Assembly: GCF_006345805.1 (NCBI RefSeq)
Contig: NC_043006.1
Location: forward strand, 67,394,001-67,458,000
Reading direction: 5' to 3'
Length of the DNA stretch: 64,000 nucleotides
Source: Octopus sinensis
Lineage: Eukaryota
The stretch's first letter is position 1. The number at the start of each line of letters is the position of its first letter. The position numbers and the translations under genes were made by a program. The notes beneath the pieces are model-generated. The model searched no databases and was not told where the DNA came from. It worked only from the letters and a program-made list of their open reading frames with translations. This document shows, one piece after another, positions 13,590 to 26,895 of the stretch.

Positions 13590-13970
13590 GCATCAGAAAG
13601 TGTGGGTAAAATATATCCCAGTAGTTATAGTCGCATTGGAAACTATCCCTAAAGATCTGAAAAGACGGTCGGCAACGGCGCCTGCTGGTTTCGGCTGCTC
13701 TACATTGATAAGGGACAAATACCCCGAAATTAGTCTGTAGTTGCCAGACCAGCAAGGGGAAGCAGCTGATCTCCCCTGTTCGAAGGTTATAATGGACACA
13801 GATTTGTGTGTCACAGCTAGTTAGAGGCGATAGCCTCTTGGAGCTAATCAACGGCAGCATTCGTTCTATTTTTCTGGACTGCCATGTTAGCTTGGCGATA
13901 ACTATTAATATCCAGTACCGCTGTCGTAGTCTCTTTTAAAGAGATTTAGAAATATTTATATTTACCCTGA
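13590..13970 (+). mobile_element. HHR-bearing non-coding element, family B (single unit)
   Basis: Homologous to 35200-35460 (e.g. ctcccctgttcgaaggttataatgga vs ctcccttgttcgaggttatatgga); contains the HHR at 13700-13740. Confidence 0.65.
13700..13740 (+). ncRNA. Minimal type I hammerhead ribozyme, U3-A8 variant
   Basis: CUACA UUGAUAA GGG-ACAAAUAC-CCC GAAA UUA GUC^ UGUAG. Stem I is 5 bp perfect, stem II is 3 G-C pairs, stem III is minimal and self-complementary as a dimer. Predicted cut after 13735. Confidence 0.7.
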
Positions 13971-14455
13971 ACTCTTAATACGAATCGAATAAAACAAGTT
14001 TCGCGTAAATCGGTAAAATAGTTTTTCAAGATATTGGAGATTTTCGGGGTATAAATACCCAAAACGGTGCATAATGGGAAAATGTTCTGAAAATAATATT
14101 CATCCTGGAAGGAAAGAAACTTATCTTTCTATTGGTCAGTGAGTTGAGAACGAAAACAAACAAGATTTTTTTACAGCTTTATATTTTCGCTTTTGTTAAA
14201 CACAATATTTTAATCATTTACAAATTTTTTTAATGTGATTTCAAAAATGTAAGTTGTTTGTACTGTAAGTATGTATATTTTAGCTTTCTTTAAGAAGACA
14301 ATATTTTTATGTTTTTAAAATTATTTTCAAGTGAATACCGTTACAAAAATTTCTTTTCGCATATTTAAAAAATATTCTTATGTGAAAATGACTTTAGAAT
14401 ACGAAACAGTTTTTTTCGAGTGTTCTCAACGTATCTCTCCTCCAAAGAGTTGGGT

Positions 14456-14550
14456 GCTATTTCTAGCAGGCCCTGCTACCACGTAACAGCTATTTGCAAT
14501 AAAGGACCCGAAATATCAGTTACGTGGTAATAGGGCGTGCTAGAAATAGC
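14456..14550. repeat. Short hairpin/MITE-like inverted repeat
   Basis: gctatttctagca..ccctgctaccacgtaac pairs with gttacgtggtaataggg..tgctagaaatagc. Confidence 0.7.
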
Positions 14551-14637
14551 AGCCAAACCTTTCAACCCACGTAACAAAGCTCTGTTGATGCGAAACTCAT
14601 AGTTTCCCAGTGACCAAATGAGTCACGGATAATCTAT

Positions 14638-14669
<32 letters not shown>

Positions 14670-14678
14670 GTGTGTGTG

Positions 14679-14709
<31 letters not shown>

Positions 14710-14729
14710 CGTGTGTGTGTGTGTTTGTT

Positions 14730-14795
<66 letters not shown>

Positions 14796-14804
14796 ATACA
14801 ATTG

Positions 14805-15010
14805 TGTGAAGGTGAGTACATAGTGTTTAGGGTGTTGCGCTGACGGTCTCACAGTCGTGGGTTCGATTCCCGTACTGGGTAGCTGTTGTATTCTTGAGCA
14901 AAACACTTCATTTCACGTTGTTCCATTCCATCCATCTATAAATGGGCAACCCTGCAAGAGAACAGCCTTCGGACCAGGGGATATGTTGGCTTGCTCGCCT
15001 AGACAACGTT
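14805..15010 (+). mobile_element. tRNA-derived SINE (family C-related), decayed
   Basis: B-box-like gggttcgattccc followed by ttcttgagcaaaacacttcatttcacgttg. Confidence 0.6.
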
Positions 15011-15078
15011 GTATAAAAAACATCCATTATACACACACACATATATACACACATATATATATGCATATACGTATATGT

Positions 15079-15118
<40 letters not shown>

Positions 15119-16005
15119 CCGCTGTTGTCATGTCAGAATGGAGTTTTTACAAGTGAATGATGACATTTTATAGATTCATCGTAACGAAGTTTGGAAGCTG
15201 CATTATTGTATAATGGAAATTTAAAACCATCCGTCCTCATTGCTCATTCAATACATTTAAACAAATTTCATGTTAACATGGAGATCTTTTTAATGCAATT
15301 CAATAATGTGATTACCAATGGAAACTTTGCGGAGATCGCAAAGTAATTATTATGTTAATGGACATGCAAGATGGATTCGCCAAACATAACATTGCAACTT
15401 TCTATATCTCCGAAGTAGTTCTGATATTGCGGAACATTATAAAAGAAGCGACCAACCAGGTCTTCATATATTCCTGGAAAAAAACAATACTGAACCATTT
15501 GCTTTAGATAATTCGAAAACATATTTATTTGTTTATACGCTTTAACCATAAGTTTGTGGCCTAACTGGGGTACAGTTTTGGGCATTAAGCTAGCTTTAAT
15601 GGAGATTTTCAATAAGGCTGCTGGTTAAGAAACTTCATAATTTCAGTTTCTCCATAATTATTCCCAAAATTAAACGCTAAAATGTGAAAGGGAGAGCTTT
15701 TATGCTATCTCAAATCCAAGAGATATTAAAAGGTAATTTTTTTAATGAAGAACTCAGACTACCCACGCAAAAAAACTCAGCATGCTTTCAAATGCGTCTG
15801 GGCTAACTTTGCAAACAATTTATTGGTTTGCTTATCGAAATGGAATTGCGAAATTCATTGAAGTTTTCTTCGATATGGGTTATCCTTGCAGTATCCGAAC
15901 TTCTAGATATTTTTTCTCTGTACAAGAGTTGGAACATTCTCAAAAAAACGCTTCCAATTCCATCCGAACTTGGTGTGCAAAAGCTTTTGCAATGTTGAAA
16001 AAGTT

Positions 16006-16440
16006 GGCGCAGGTGTGGCTGTGTGGTAAGAAGTTTGTTTTCCAACCACATTGTTCCAGGTTCAGTTCCACAGTGCGGCACCTTGGGCAAGTGTTTTCTA
16101 CAAAATCCTCGGGCTGATCAAAGCCTTGTGAGTGAATTTGACAGACGGAAACTGAAAGAAGCCTGTCGTATATATATATATGTGTGTGTGTGTTTGTGCG
16201 TGCATGTGTGTGTGCGTGTATGTGTCTGTACCTTTGTGTGTATCTTTGACCCCTACCACTGCTTGATAACCGGTTTTGATATTTTCCCTTCCTATACTTA
16301 GCGGTTCGGTAAAGGTGATAAAAAGATAAATACTAAACTTAAGATGATAAGCACTGGGGTTGATTAGTTCGACTAAAATTTTCGAAGGCGGTGCCTCAGC
16401 ATGGCCACAGTCTAATGACTGAAACAAGTACAAGATAAAA
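16006..16440 (+). mobile_element. SINE family A, full length
   Basis: Head ggcgcaggtgtggctgtgtggtaag...caggttcagttccac..ggcaccttgggcaagtg; tail cagtctaatgactgaaacaag. Confidence 0.9.
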
Positions 16441-16560
16441 AATAATTCCTGAATCTCTGTGTTCCGTACATATAGCAACAATTGCTACTTGTCTTTTTGC
16501 GTCAGCAAGTTCTCTGCTAAGACAAAAGAAATAAAACTTTCTAATTGGTTTAAAGAGCGT

Positions 16561-16569
16561 AATAATAAT

Positions 16570-16648
<79 letters not shown>

Positions 16649-16666
16649 GTAGTAATAATAATAATA

Positions 16667-16725
<59 letters not shown>

Positions 16726-16872
16726 TAATAATAATGTCGCGTACACATGATTGTGATGCATGTACCTAGTGTACCCTTATCAGACGTGTAATCATACTGG
16801 GGTTCGTATATTTTACCCCAGTGTCACTTGATGGCATGCACTACTCTCTCTCACTCAATGATAATAATAATG

Positions 16873-16952
<80 letters not shown>

Positions 16953-16954
16953 TA

Positions 16955-16985
<31 letters not shown>

Positions 16986-17055
16986 AAGAAGAAGAAGAAG
17001 AAGAAGAAGAAGAAGAAGAAGAAGAAGAAGACAGACAGACAGACAGACAGACAAT
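16561..17055. repeat. Compound (AAT)n-(AAG)n-(AGAC)n array
   Basis: Seen directly; interrupted by the 16736-16856 element. Confidence 0.95.
16736..16856 (+). mobile_element. 5'-truncated copy of the (AAT)n-embedded non-coding element at 53808-54355
   Basis: Matches the last about 130 nt of the minus strand of 53808-54355, shares the end ctctctcactc-aat, and has (AAT)n on both sides. Confidence 0.8.
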
Positions 17056-18199
17056 CGAAAATAAGCATTGTGTGTAATTTCATGGAAAGTAGCTTATACA
17101 ACTATATAAACGATAATATTCCATGTAAATATATTCTTTATACCAGGCTGAAATTTGATAGATCCTGTCAACCCATTTCTTGTAAATTTGAGCATATGTA
17201 TACAGACACACAGATATATATGTATTATACTTGTAGATATGGATGGATGGATGGATGGATGTAATTTCCGACATGCAAATCGAAATTTTCTGTCAAATAT
17301 TGAGAGCCAAAATATGTTGGTCGACTAATACACCAGGACGATTTTGACAGACCAAAAATTCCATGTGAAATGCAGCCGGATTTCGAAAGATGTTTGAATG
17401 TCGACTTGTATGTCAGAAAATACTGTAATCCGAAACTATACAAATTTATACTCCCTCAAGTTGCCACACAGCGATATGGTATCCAGTAAATACGTGGATC
17501 TGAAACAAGCATCTTAAGAACACACAGGTGTAAACTATAATGAAACCCTGGTAACAACTGCACGCATCATTTAGTATTTAATAATTTTTTTTTATTCTTC
17601 AGCCAAAATTATCGTCATCATCAAATTTTTAAGCTGTTAGCCAATTTACATTAATCCACTTAATTGGCAACCATAAAACAGAATTTTATTTTTCCCCCCA
17701 TTAATTTAACAGACGCCATATTTCTTTCTCTTTCGCTGACTTTTTTTTGTCAAATATTTTTTACTGATACCGTCATTTTTTTAAAATTATAGTATGACAT
17801 ATGTCCATTTGAAATTTTATATTTTAGCTATTGTCATCTTAATTTATTTAATTTTAGTATATTGCTTTTGCATTTTTATCTGAATAAGTCACCATTTTCA
17901 TAATTTTGCAAAATTGATAATTTTTTAGAGCAGTTTGATACTTTAGAGTTACAGGAACAATAAATATTATAATAATTCTTTTTTCAGTGGCGTTTCTTAT
18001 AATTTTTATTTTCAGTATATTTTTTTATGTTTTCTGTCTTTCTCGGTGGAAATATTATATTTAATTTCGTTTTACGACAATGTTAATTTTAAAAACAAAA
18101 TACCTGAATCATTCTTTTTTTCTCTCTATCTCTATGCCTTCCCACATCACGTTTTTTATCAATTCATTATTCGCTGTCATTTTTCAATTTTTATATTAT

Positions 18200-18363
18200 G
18201 TGTATACATCACACACACAGACACACACACACACACACAAACTCATGCACTCACTTATGTGTTTATATATGAACATATATACATGTATGTGTGTGTGCAC
18301 GTGTGCGTGTATGTATATACATGCATATTTATACATACATATAAATATCTATAAACCTTTCGG

Positions 18364-18436
<73 letters not shown>

Positions 18437-19196
18437 TGACACACAGACTAACAGATAGATAGACAGACAGACAGACAGATAGAGGAAAAGAGAGAAAGAT
18501 ATGGATAGAGATATAGATATGAATGTACATAGCTGCCCAGATATAAATATATATATGTTTGTGTGTGCATCTGTGTATGTGGGTGTATGTGCACTTCCAT
18601 ATATATCTGTGTGTGTGTTGTGTATGTGAGTGTGTGTGTGGTGTGTGTATGTGTGTGTGTGTATGTGTGTGTGTGTGTTTATGAGAATACAGAAATACAA
18701 ACGTAAAATTGAAAATGTCGGAAGCAATGTAATAATAAATGTTGTGAAAATTTTAATAAAATGAATTATTAGGAAATAGATATAAGGTGAATTTATATAG
18801 ATGTAATAAACTAGAGGCAAGTTATCTGAATAAAAGCACAGCACACAACATTCTACAAAATTGAAGGGAAAAGATAGAGCTATTAAATAGAGAAAATTGG
18901 AGAGAAATATAAATAATAAAACTACCATATAATATTTAAATAAGAAAATGATAATATAAGTGTATAGGAAGTGTGTGTATTGTGAATGTGATAATGTCTG
19001 AGTACATATAAATGTATGTATGCATGTATGTATGTATGTATGTATGTATGTATGTATGTATGTATGTATGTATGTATGTATGTATGTATGTATGTATGTA
19101 TGTATGTATGTGTGTGTGTCTGTGTGTGGTGTAGTATGCTTACATAGATTAGTTGACATATAATCGGATAGACAGACAGATAGAGAGACAGAGATG

Positions 19197-19294
<98 letters not shown>

Positions 19295-19330
19295 CGGATA
19301 CATATATATATATATATGCATATATATATA
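18200..19330. repeat. Mixed (CA)n/(GA)n/(TATG)n/(TAGA)n microsatellite field
   Basis: Seen directly. Confidence 0.9.
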
Positions 19331-19334
19331 TAAA

Positions 19335-19768
19335 GGTGCAGGAGTGGTTGTGTGGTAAGAAGCTTGCTTCCTAACTACATTGTTCCAGGTTCAGTTCCAC
19401 TGTGTGGCACCTTGGGCAAGTGTCTTCTACTATAGCCTCGAGCCGACCAAAGACTTGTGAGTGGATTTGGCAGACGGAAACTGAAAGAAGCCACTCGTAT
19501 ATATATGCGTGTGTGTGTGTGTGTTGAGTGTCTGTGTGTGTGTGTCTGAGTGCGTGTCTGTGTGTGTTTGTTTGTTCCCCAATACCATCACTTGACAGCG
19601 GATGTTGGAGTGCTTACGTCCCCCTGACTTAATGGTTCGGCAAAAGAGACCGACTGAATAAGTACTAGGCTTACAAAGAATAAGTTCTGGGGTCAATTTG
19701 TTCGACTAAAGACGGTGCTCCAACATGGCCACAGTCAAATGACAGAAACAAGTAAAAGAATAAAAGAA
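19335..19768 (+). mobile_element. SINE family A, full length
   Basis: Head ggtgcaggagtggttgtgtggtaag, CORE-like ccttgggcaagtgtctt, and tail aagtaaaagaataaaaga. Confidence 0.9.
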
Positions 19769-19789
19769 CGTATATATCTCTTTAATTCT

Positions 19790-20680
19790 TTAAAATATTT
19801 CAGCTTCAAAGCTGCGGTTATGCTGGAGCACCGCCGTCGACTGTGCTACACCATTATTTGAATCCTCCTCTGACATGTGGCATTTTGTCAATGAGGAGGT
19901 TTGATGCTGTTGCCTCCATCTGTGTTTCCTGCCGTGAGAGAGGCTCATCGGGAAACCTTGACTGGAGGAGATCTAGTTTTGTTTTGAAGATTCCTACATC
20001 CACACCATGTTGGTCTCTCAAGCATTTTGGAAGGATATTGAAGAATTGTGGACCTTTGAAACCCAAGCCGTTGCAGTATCTGGTCCTGTATTTTGATTGC
20101 AATTCTGGAATATTTGGCAGCATGCAGTAGCGCCCCGTTCTGCTGTTTGTGTAACTTTCAATGCCAAAGTTTGGTACAAGGCCTTTCAGGATTGTCTAGT
20201 TATATATCACTGCATATCTTTCCTACTTTCGTTGTAAGGAGAAGAATTTTAACTCTATCAATGCCTGTAGCTGATACATTGCACTGAGACAATTTTCTTT
20301 GTGTAGCTTCGTTGTATTGCTTCGAGTTCCGCCATTAATTTTATATTGTGTGGTGACCATAGATGTGAGCAATAGCCCAAGCGGCTGAAAACGTATATCC
20401 TGCAAGGGACCATCATTGTCCCCTTTTATCTCGTCTTTTAAAAGTTCGTAGAATCCATCCAGCTACGTGTCTGCATTTTATTGCCAAATTTGTAATATAC
20501 ACCTGGAAAGATGCATCATTGCTAATATCAATGCCTAGGTCACGAACTGATTTTGATTCAGGGATTGCAATTCCACGCAGGCCAATGTATCCTGTCAGCT
20601 TGTCGTTCGGCTTTTTGTGCTTGTAGCGCAGGGTTTGGAATTTTCCTGCATTAAACTGCATGTTGTTGTCCTCGAACTTG
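19790..20680 (-). mobile_element. CR1-like LINE 3' fragment
   Basis: Minus ORFs MQFNAGKFQTLRY...VRDLGI...GWILRTF and GPQFFNILPKCLRD..GVDVGIFKTKLDLL...PDEP; 3' end ggcggtgctccagcataaccgcagctttgaagctgaaa. Confidence 0.88.
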
Positions 20681-20885
20681 CTTCACCGGTAAGCTATCAG
20701 GAATTTAACATATGATTATATATATATATATATATAATATACAACACAATCAATATTTACATGCATACAAAGAGATAAATGCTATAGATACATCAATACA
20801 TACGTATATTTTATTGAAATCTGTGTATCTGTGATTTTATGTATTATAGGTTCAATCAATCGTCGCATATTTGAAACAGCTGTAA

Positions 20886-20937
<52 letters not shown>

Positions 20938-21722
20938 CCATTAACTTGATCTATGTTGAAGCCCTAAATTCATTGACGTAAGGTGACATAGAGGTTCCGG
21001 TGTTTCGAGCTGGTTGTGTACCTTCAGCCAAATCTACTCCTGAATCAATAAGTCCAATCAAATTTGAGTGATATGGTTTATAGAATTTAGGAAACATTTA
21101 TTTGGTGATGCGTACTTTTGTCTATCAAATTAATAATAACTTTTCGTGTGCTTGTACAAGTTCATTTCCGAATGCGTTCTGAGAATATGCTAATCGTTGT
21201 TGCATTTCACCTGCAGAGAATACCTCCTTTGAGACTATGTTTTTATTATCGACAGTCCCAGTTAAAGCTGAACCCATGGTGTTAAGATAGAAAGGAGATA
21301 ACGGAATGCAAGGAGAATGTCCTTTTTACGTTTATTTTGGTTCATAAATTTATATCTTTGTAGTCTAAATATAATTAATTCATCTCCAAAACAGGTGTTA
21401 TTACCTCCCCTATTTCTAATAATAGCAATAAATAATTATCTCCCTTAAGCATATTTACCGCCTTATTCATTTACAAAATATTCTTTCTCCTTCTGACATG
21501 CAATGAAAATTTCTTATGGTAGCATGAAATTGTAACATCGGTAACTTGTTAGTCATGATTACCACAAGCGAAACCGGTCGAATATTTTAATATTATTTTA
21601 TTCCACAAAAATGGATATATATATATTTTGTCCAAAATAAAATTTCTGTGCAATTCCCTCATTTACATATTTTTCACTACAACTTCCCATGTGGAAAACA
21701 AATTTTATCGAATCTATTCACC

Positions 21723-22440
<718 letters not shown>

Positions 22441-22674
22441 GTTTATACTTCATTCCGTTGTTTGTTATGTTTTAACGATGTTTGTTTGATCTTCTAACGC
22501 GGAGAGCCGGATGACCTTTGCTGAGGTCAGCACTTAACATTTGGCCACAAGAACACAGAGACCAGCGTTAATGTCAGTCTTACTCGACATTGTAAAACTA
22601 ACCTTGCTGGCAATATAACCTTTATATACACTCTCTGAGTATAGCCTATCTATTTTTCTCAAACTTCTTTTCCT

Positions 22675-22770
<96 letters not shown>

Positions 22771-23179
22771 CAGTGTTTATATACTTAAGTTAGATAGATA
22801 GATTGATAGGTAGATGGATAGACAGACATACAGACAGTCAGACTGATGGTTAGATAGACAGATTGTTTTTCTCGTAGTATTTTTTCGTGTTTGTGTTCAC
22901 ACTTCAATCATATATACATAGATATATACATATACATAGATGCATATATGCATATATATACATGTGTGTTTGCGTACGTATGTCCATATATATATATATA
23001 TTTATATTTATATTGTATGTATGTATGTATGTATGTACGTCTACTTCGAACGTATAGGGATTGACATTCCAGCGCCTTAATTATAATTGTATTTTTATAA
23101 CTATGTACTTAAAATTAATTTTACCAATATGGTCGTTCTATATATATATATTATATATATATATATATTATCTATATAT

Positions 23180-23382
23180 AACTGTAAGGTAATATGCGAC
23201 AATTATTCGGTAACCATGATAAACTCCGAGTTTCGGATGCCGAGGTGGAAATTTAACGGGCCGCCATCTCTCCAATTACCGGCCAACTGAAGAGATGGCG
23301 GCGTGGATTTCCACCTCGGCATCCGAAACTCGGAGTTTTATCATGGCTACCGAATAATTGTCACATATTACATTCTACAGTT
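23180..23382. mobile_element. Fold-back MITE (about 200 bp, nearly all TIR), same family as 40238-40467
   Basis: ctgtaa..atatgcgacaattattcggtaaccatgataaactccgagtttcggatgccgaggtggaaat pairs with atttccacctcggcatccgaaactcggagttttatcatggctaccgaataattgtcacatat..tacag. Confidence 0.85.
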
Positions 23383-23453
23383 ACATTTACAGATAAATTC
23401 CTCTATTTACATAATATCGAGGTCTCTTTCTTTCTTTTGTTGTCTTACCCATT

Positions 23454-23489
<36 letters not shown>

Positions 23490-23490
<1 letters not shown>

Positions 23491-23630
23491 CTTCTACCAA
23501 ATCTACTCACAAGGATTTGGTCTGCCCAGAATCATAACAGAAGACACTTGCCCAAAAATGCCACGGTGTGGGACTGAACCCGGAACCGTGTAGTTATGAA
23601 GCAACCTTCTTACCACACAGCCACGCCTCA
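23490..23630 (-). mobile_element. SINE family A, 5' half
   Basis: Head and CORE-like part; ends at the internal (TA) tract. Confidence 0.8.
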
Positions 23631-23659
23631 CACTCATAACTTTAAAACGATTCAGCTTC

Positions 23660-23830
23660 TTATGAAGCTATTTCTTCCCAGAGAAAGTTTATTCAAAACA
23701 GTTGTTAAACGAGTTGTCTTAAGCTAAAAGTAATCGATCTGTTTTCAAGACAGTACAGCGATCATTGAAGGGGATGTGGTTGCTATTTCTAACAGGTACA
23801 GGCATAACGTAAAAGCCACTTCGCTAACTC
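23660..23830 (+). repeat. Dispersed repeat shared with 26395-26570
   Basis: cgatctgttttcaagacagtacagcgatcattgaaggggatgtggttgctatttctaacagg vs cgatctattttcaagacagtagagtgatttttgaaggagatgaggttgctatttctaacaag. Confidence 0.75.
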
Positions 23831-24059
23831 ACGTCTGATTTGAGTTCGCTTCGCAATCTAAATCCGGCTTTTGGTGATTTAGTCGGTACTTGTGTTTCAC
23901 ACTCTGCGACCTCTCATGCAACTAAACGATCGTACAGCGTAAAATTTGAGGAGGAGACGAGACCTCAGTTTTAATAAACATGAGTAAATCCTAGGAATAT
24001 TATCTTCCGCTTATTGAATATTATCTTCTGCTTTCCTTAGAAACTGGTACGTCTAAACA

Positions 24060-24208
24060 TATTAGTGTGTGTGTGTACTACGTCAACCTGTGTATGTGTG
24101 CGCGCGTGTGTGTGTATTTGAATGTGTGTGTATGTGTGTGTGTGTGTGTATGTATATATATTTATGCAGACATGCACACAGCCACCACACACATATAGAC
24201 AGACAGAC

Positions 24209-24248
<40 letters not shown>

Positions 24249-24478
24249 GATAGTAGGTAGGTAGGTAGGTAAGTAGATAGATAGATGGATGGATAGATAG
24301 AAGTAGGTAGGTAGATAGATAGGTAGGCAGGTAGGTAGGTAGGTAGGTAGGTAGGTTGGTAGGTATGTAGGTAGGTAGGTAGGTAGGTAGGTAGGTAGGT
24401 AGGTAGGTAGGTAGGTATGTAGGTAGGTAGGTAGGTAGATACGTAGGTGGGTAGGTAGGTAGGGAGGGAGGGAGGTAA

Positions 24479-24552
<74 letters not shown>

Positions 24553-24650
24553 GCATACAATATAATTTGTTCTGCGAACTTTAAACATGACCGCATGAGA
24601 CTGCCAACACAAAGTCAGGAAGGATGGGACGAGACATGCAATAATACAAC

Positions 24651-24680
<30 letters not shown>
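24060..24680. repeat. (TG)n/(TAGA)n/(TAGG)n/(CA)n field
   Basis: Seen directly. Confidence 0.9.
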
Positions 24681-24681
<1 letters not shown>

Positions 24682-25309
24682 ACTGATACAAATTACGTCG
24701 CAAAAGAAACGTGACTAGACGAGAGTAATTGTTAGGCTTCACCAAGTAAAGACTTGTGGTGCCTTAAACGACTGCAATGGTGATAGAGTTGGTTATTATC
24801 GCTGTAAAGTTGTTCTGTTGTTACCGCCGCCACACCAGGACATAAGCCGAATTAAAACGCCGCAGCGACACGAAATTAGTTTGTCATAGACTAACCAAAA
24901 GGAAAACGATGGCGCGGTCGCTCGATCTGCAAGAAATAGTATAGATTTTCCCTCAAAGTATGCCCTGCTGTTTTCTCTTTTTAATAGATGGAAGATGTTT
25001 TGAATAACGTGAACCTGCATATAGTATGTATGAATAAAAAGCTATCATTTGAACAAGATTTGGACATTTTTGATCATAGGTTGCTTGGGTTAGAACTGAG
25101 CTGAAGGCAAACAAACGGTAATGACGAAGGGCATGTGTATGAGAGCGTGTACATGTGTGTAAGCGTGTGTGTATGTATGTGTGTGTATAAGTTTGTGTAT
25201 GTATGTGTGTGTGTGTTAGTGTGTTTGAAGAATGAGTCTTATGGTAAAAAAAATGAAACAGTATTAGTTAAATGTACATGGGCGCGTGCGAGGGTCAGAT
25301 CGTGGCGGC

Positions 25310-26080
25310 GCATGGCAAATCCGTTGCACGCCGTCAAGCTTTGCGGCATTCCGTTTGTTATGTTCTGAGTTCAAATTCTGCCGAAGTCGACTTTACCTTT
25401 CATTCTTTCGAGTCGATAAAATAAATACTAGTTGAGCAATGGAGGTAGAAATTGCTCGCCTTGTACCACAATTTGGAGCCAATATGAGTTAAAGGCATAT
25501 CTGAATTGAAAAAAGTACAAGACTTAGACTTGGGTTGAGGAAATATGTAGATATACACCGATAAATATAGCCATGTTTTTTCTAAATATTTCTCTGCGTG
25601 TAAAAGAGAACTACAATTGTTGCATTGTTCTGAGCCTTTCCCTCTGACCACAAACAAATACGCTATTAACATCCTCACTTGAGGCCGCGCGCCAACTAAT
25701 AGAGTCATTAACAAGCCGGACATAATGTTCGGCAGCACGTCGCCCGTCGTTACATTCCGCCAAAGTCGGCTTTGTTTTTCCTTCTTTTGCGGTCGATAAA
25801 ATAAATACCTGTTGAATACTGGGGTTAATGTAATTGGTTAATCCCCATCCCCAGAATTTCAGGTATTGTCCCTATAGTAGAGAGGATTATATTTCGTCAA
25901 CTGTAGGCAAAAAACTGGCGGAATCATTACCGTGCCAAGCAAAATGCTTAACGACATTTCATTACATTTTGCGTTCTGAGTTCAAATTCCGCTACAGGCG
26001 ACTTTGCATTTCATTATTTCGGGGTCGATAACATAAGCACCAATTGAACACTGGGATCGGTGTAATTCCCTTACCCCTAC
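25310..26080 (+). mobile_element. Cluster of three decayed SINE family B copies (about 25310-25500, 25750-25880, 25905-26080)
   Basis: The motif ttctgagttcaaatt..gtcgactt..tttcatt..ggtcgataa recurs three times. Confidence 0.75.
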
Positions 26081-26570
26081 CATAATGGCGCTGACACAGT
26101 GCCAAAAGACGAAATCATTATTACTATTAGTCATTTCACTAACATTTAATCAATTAATTAATTAATCGTTCTACCAATTAGTCTATCAGTTAGGTTTGTT
26201 AAAGTTCTTTTGTCGCCAATCGTGACTTCATCAATGGCAATCAATGACATTCCCTCTCTCTTCAAGATCTACTAAATTAAATATATTTTAATTTAAATTA
26301 ATACTGTTATCATATGGAGATATGCTTTACACTTTTAATGGCAGCGAAGTGACTGGATACTTTGGTGTAATAGTTATAAGTAGTTGCCTAAAATATAAAG
26401 TATTTTTGCCAGAGGAAAGTTTATCTAAGATAATTGTTAAATGAGATGATATAATCCTAAGGCAGTCGATCTATTTTCAAGACAGTAGAGTGATTTTTGA
26501 AGGAGATGAGGTTGCTATTTCTAACAAGTACAGAGTTTCGTAGAAGCCACTTTGTTAACTCAAATCTGAT

Positions 26571-26895
26571 TCAAGACCATGGATGTTAAAAATAGTTGGT
26601 CCAAAATGGATGCTGTTTAAAAGATTTAATTCCAAATGGTGGATGTTAAAATAAGCTAGCTGAAAACGCTGCAAGTTAATAAAGTTGATTCAAAATAGTG
26701 GATATTGAAGAACTTGATTCAAGACGGAACATGTTAAAAGAGTTAATTTTAAACGGTGGTTGTTAAAAAGAGTTAATTGAAAATGGTGATTGTTAAAAAA
26801 AAAAGGGATGATTTACAATGGGGAATATTAAAAAGAGTTGATTAAAAATGGAGAATGCTAAAAAAGAGTTCATTCAAAATGGTGAATGTTAAAAA
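26571..26895 (+). repeat. Degenerate about 29-30-bp minisatellite, about 11 units
   Basis: Contiguous units near caaaatggtgaatgttaaaaagagttgatt with no unique spacers. Confidence 0.75.

Noticed and set aside
21470-21590. gaaaccggtc followed by gaatatttt, with aaaatattc upstream, as an HHR
   Set aside because: Stem III and stem I look plausible but no CUGANGA-like core follows the 5' stem I strand.
26571-26895. About 30-bp periodic repeat as a CRISPR array
   Set aside because: Units are contiguous and degenerate with no unique spacers; context is eukaryotic and there are no cas genes.
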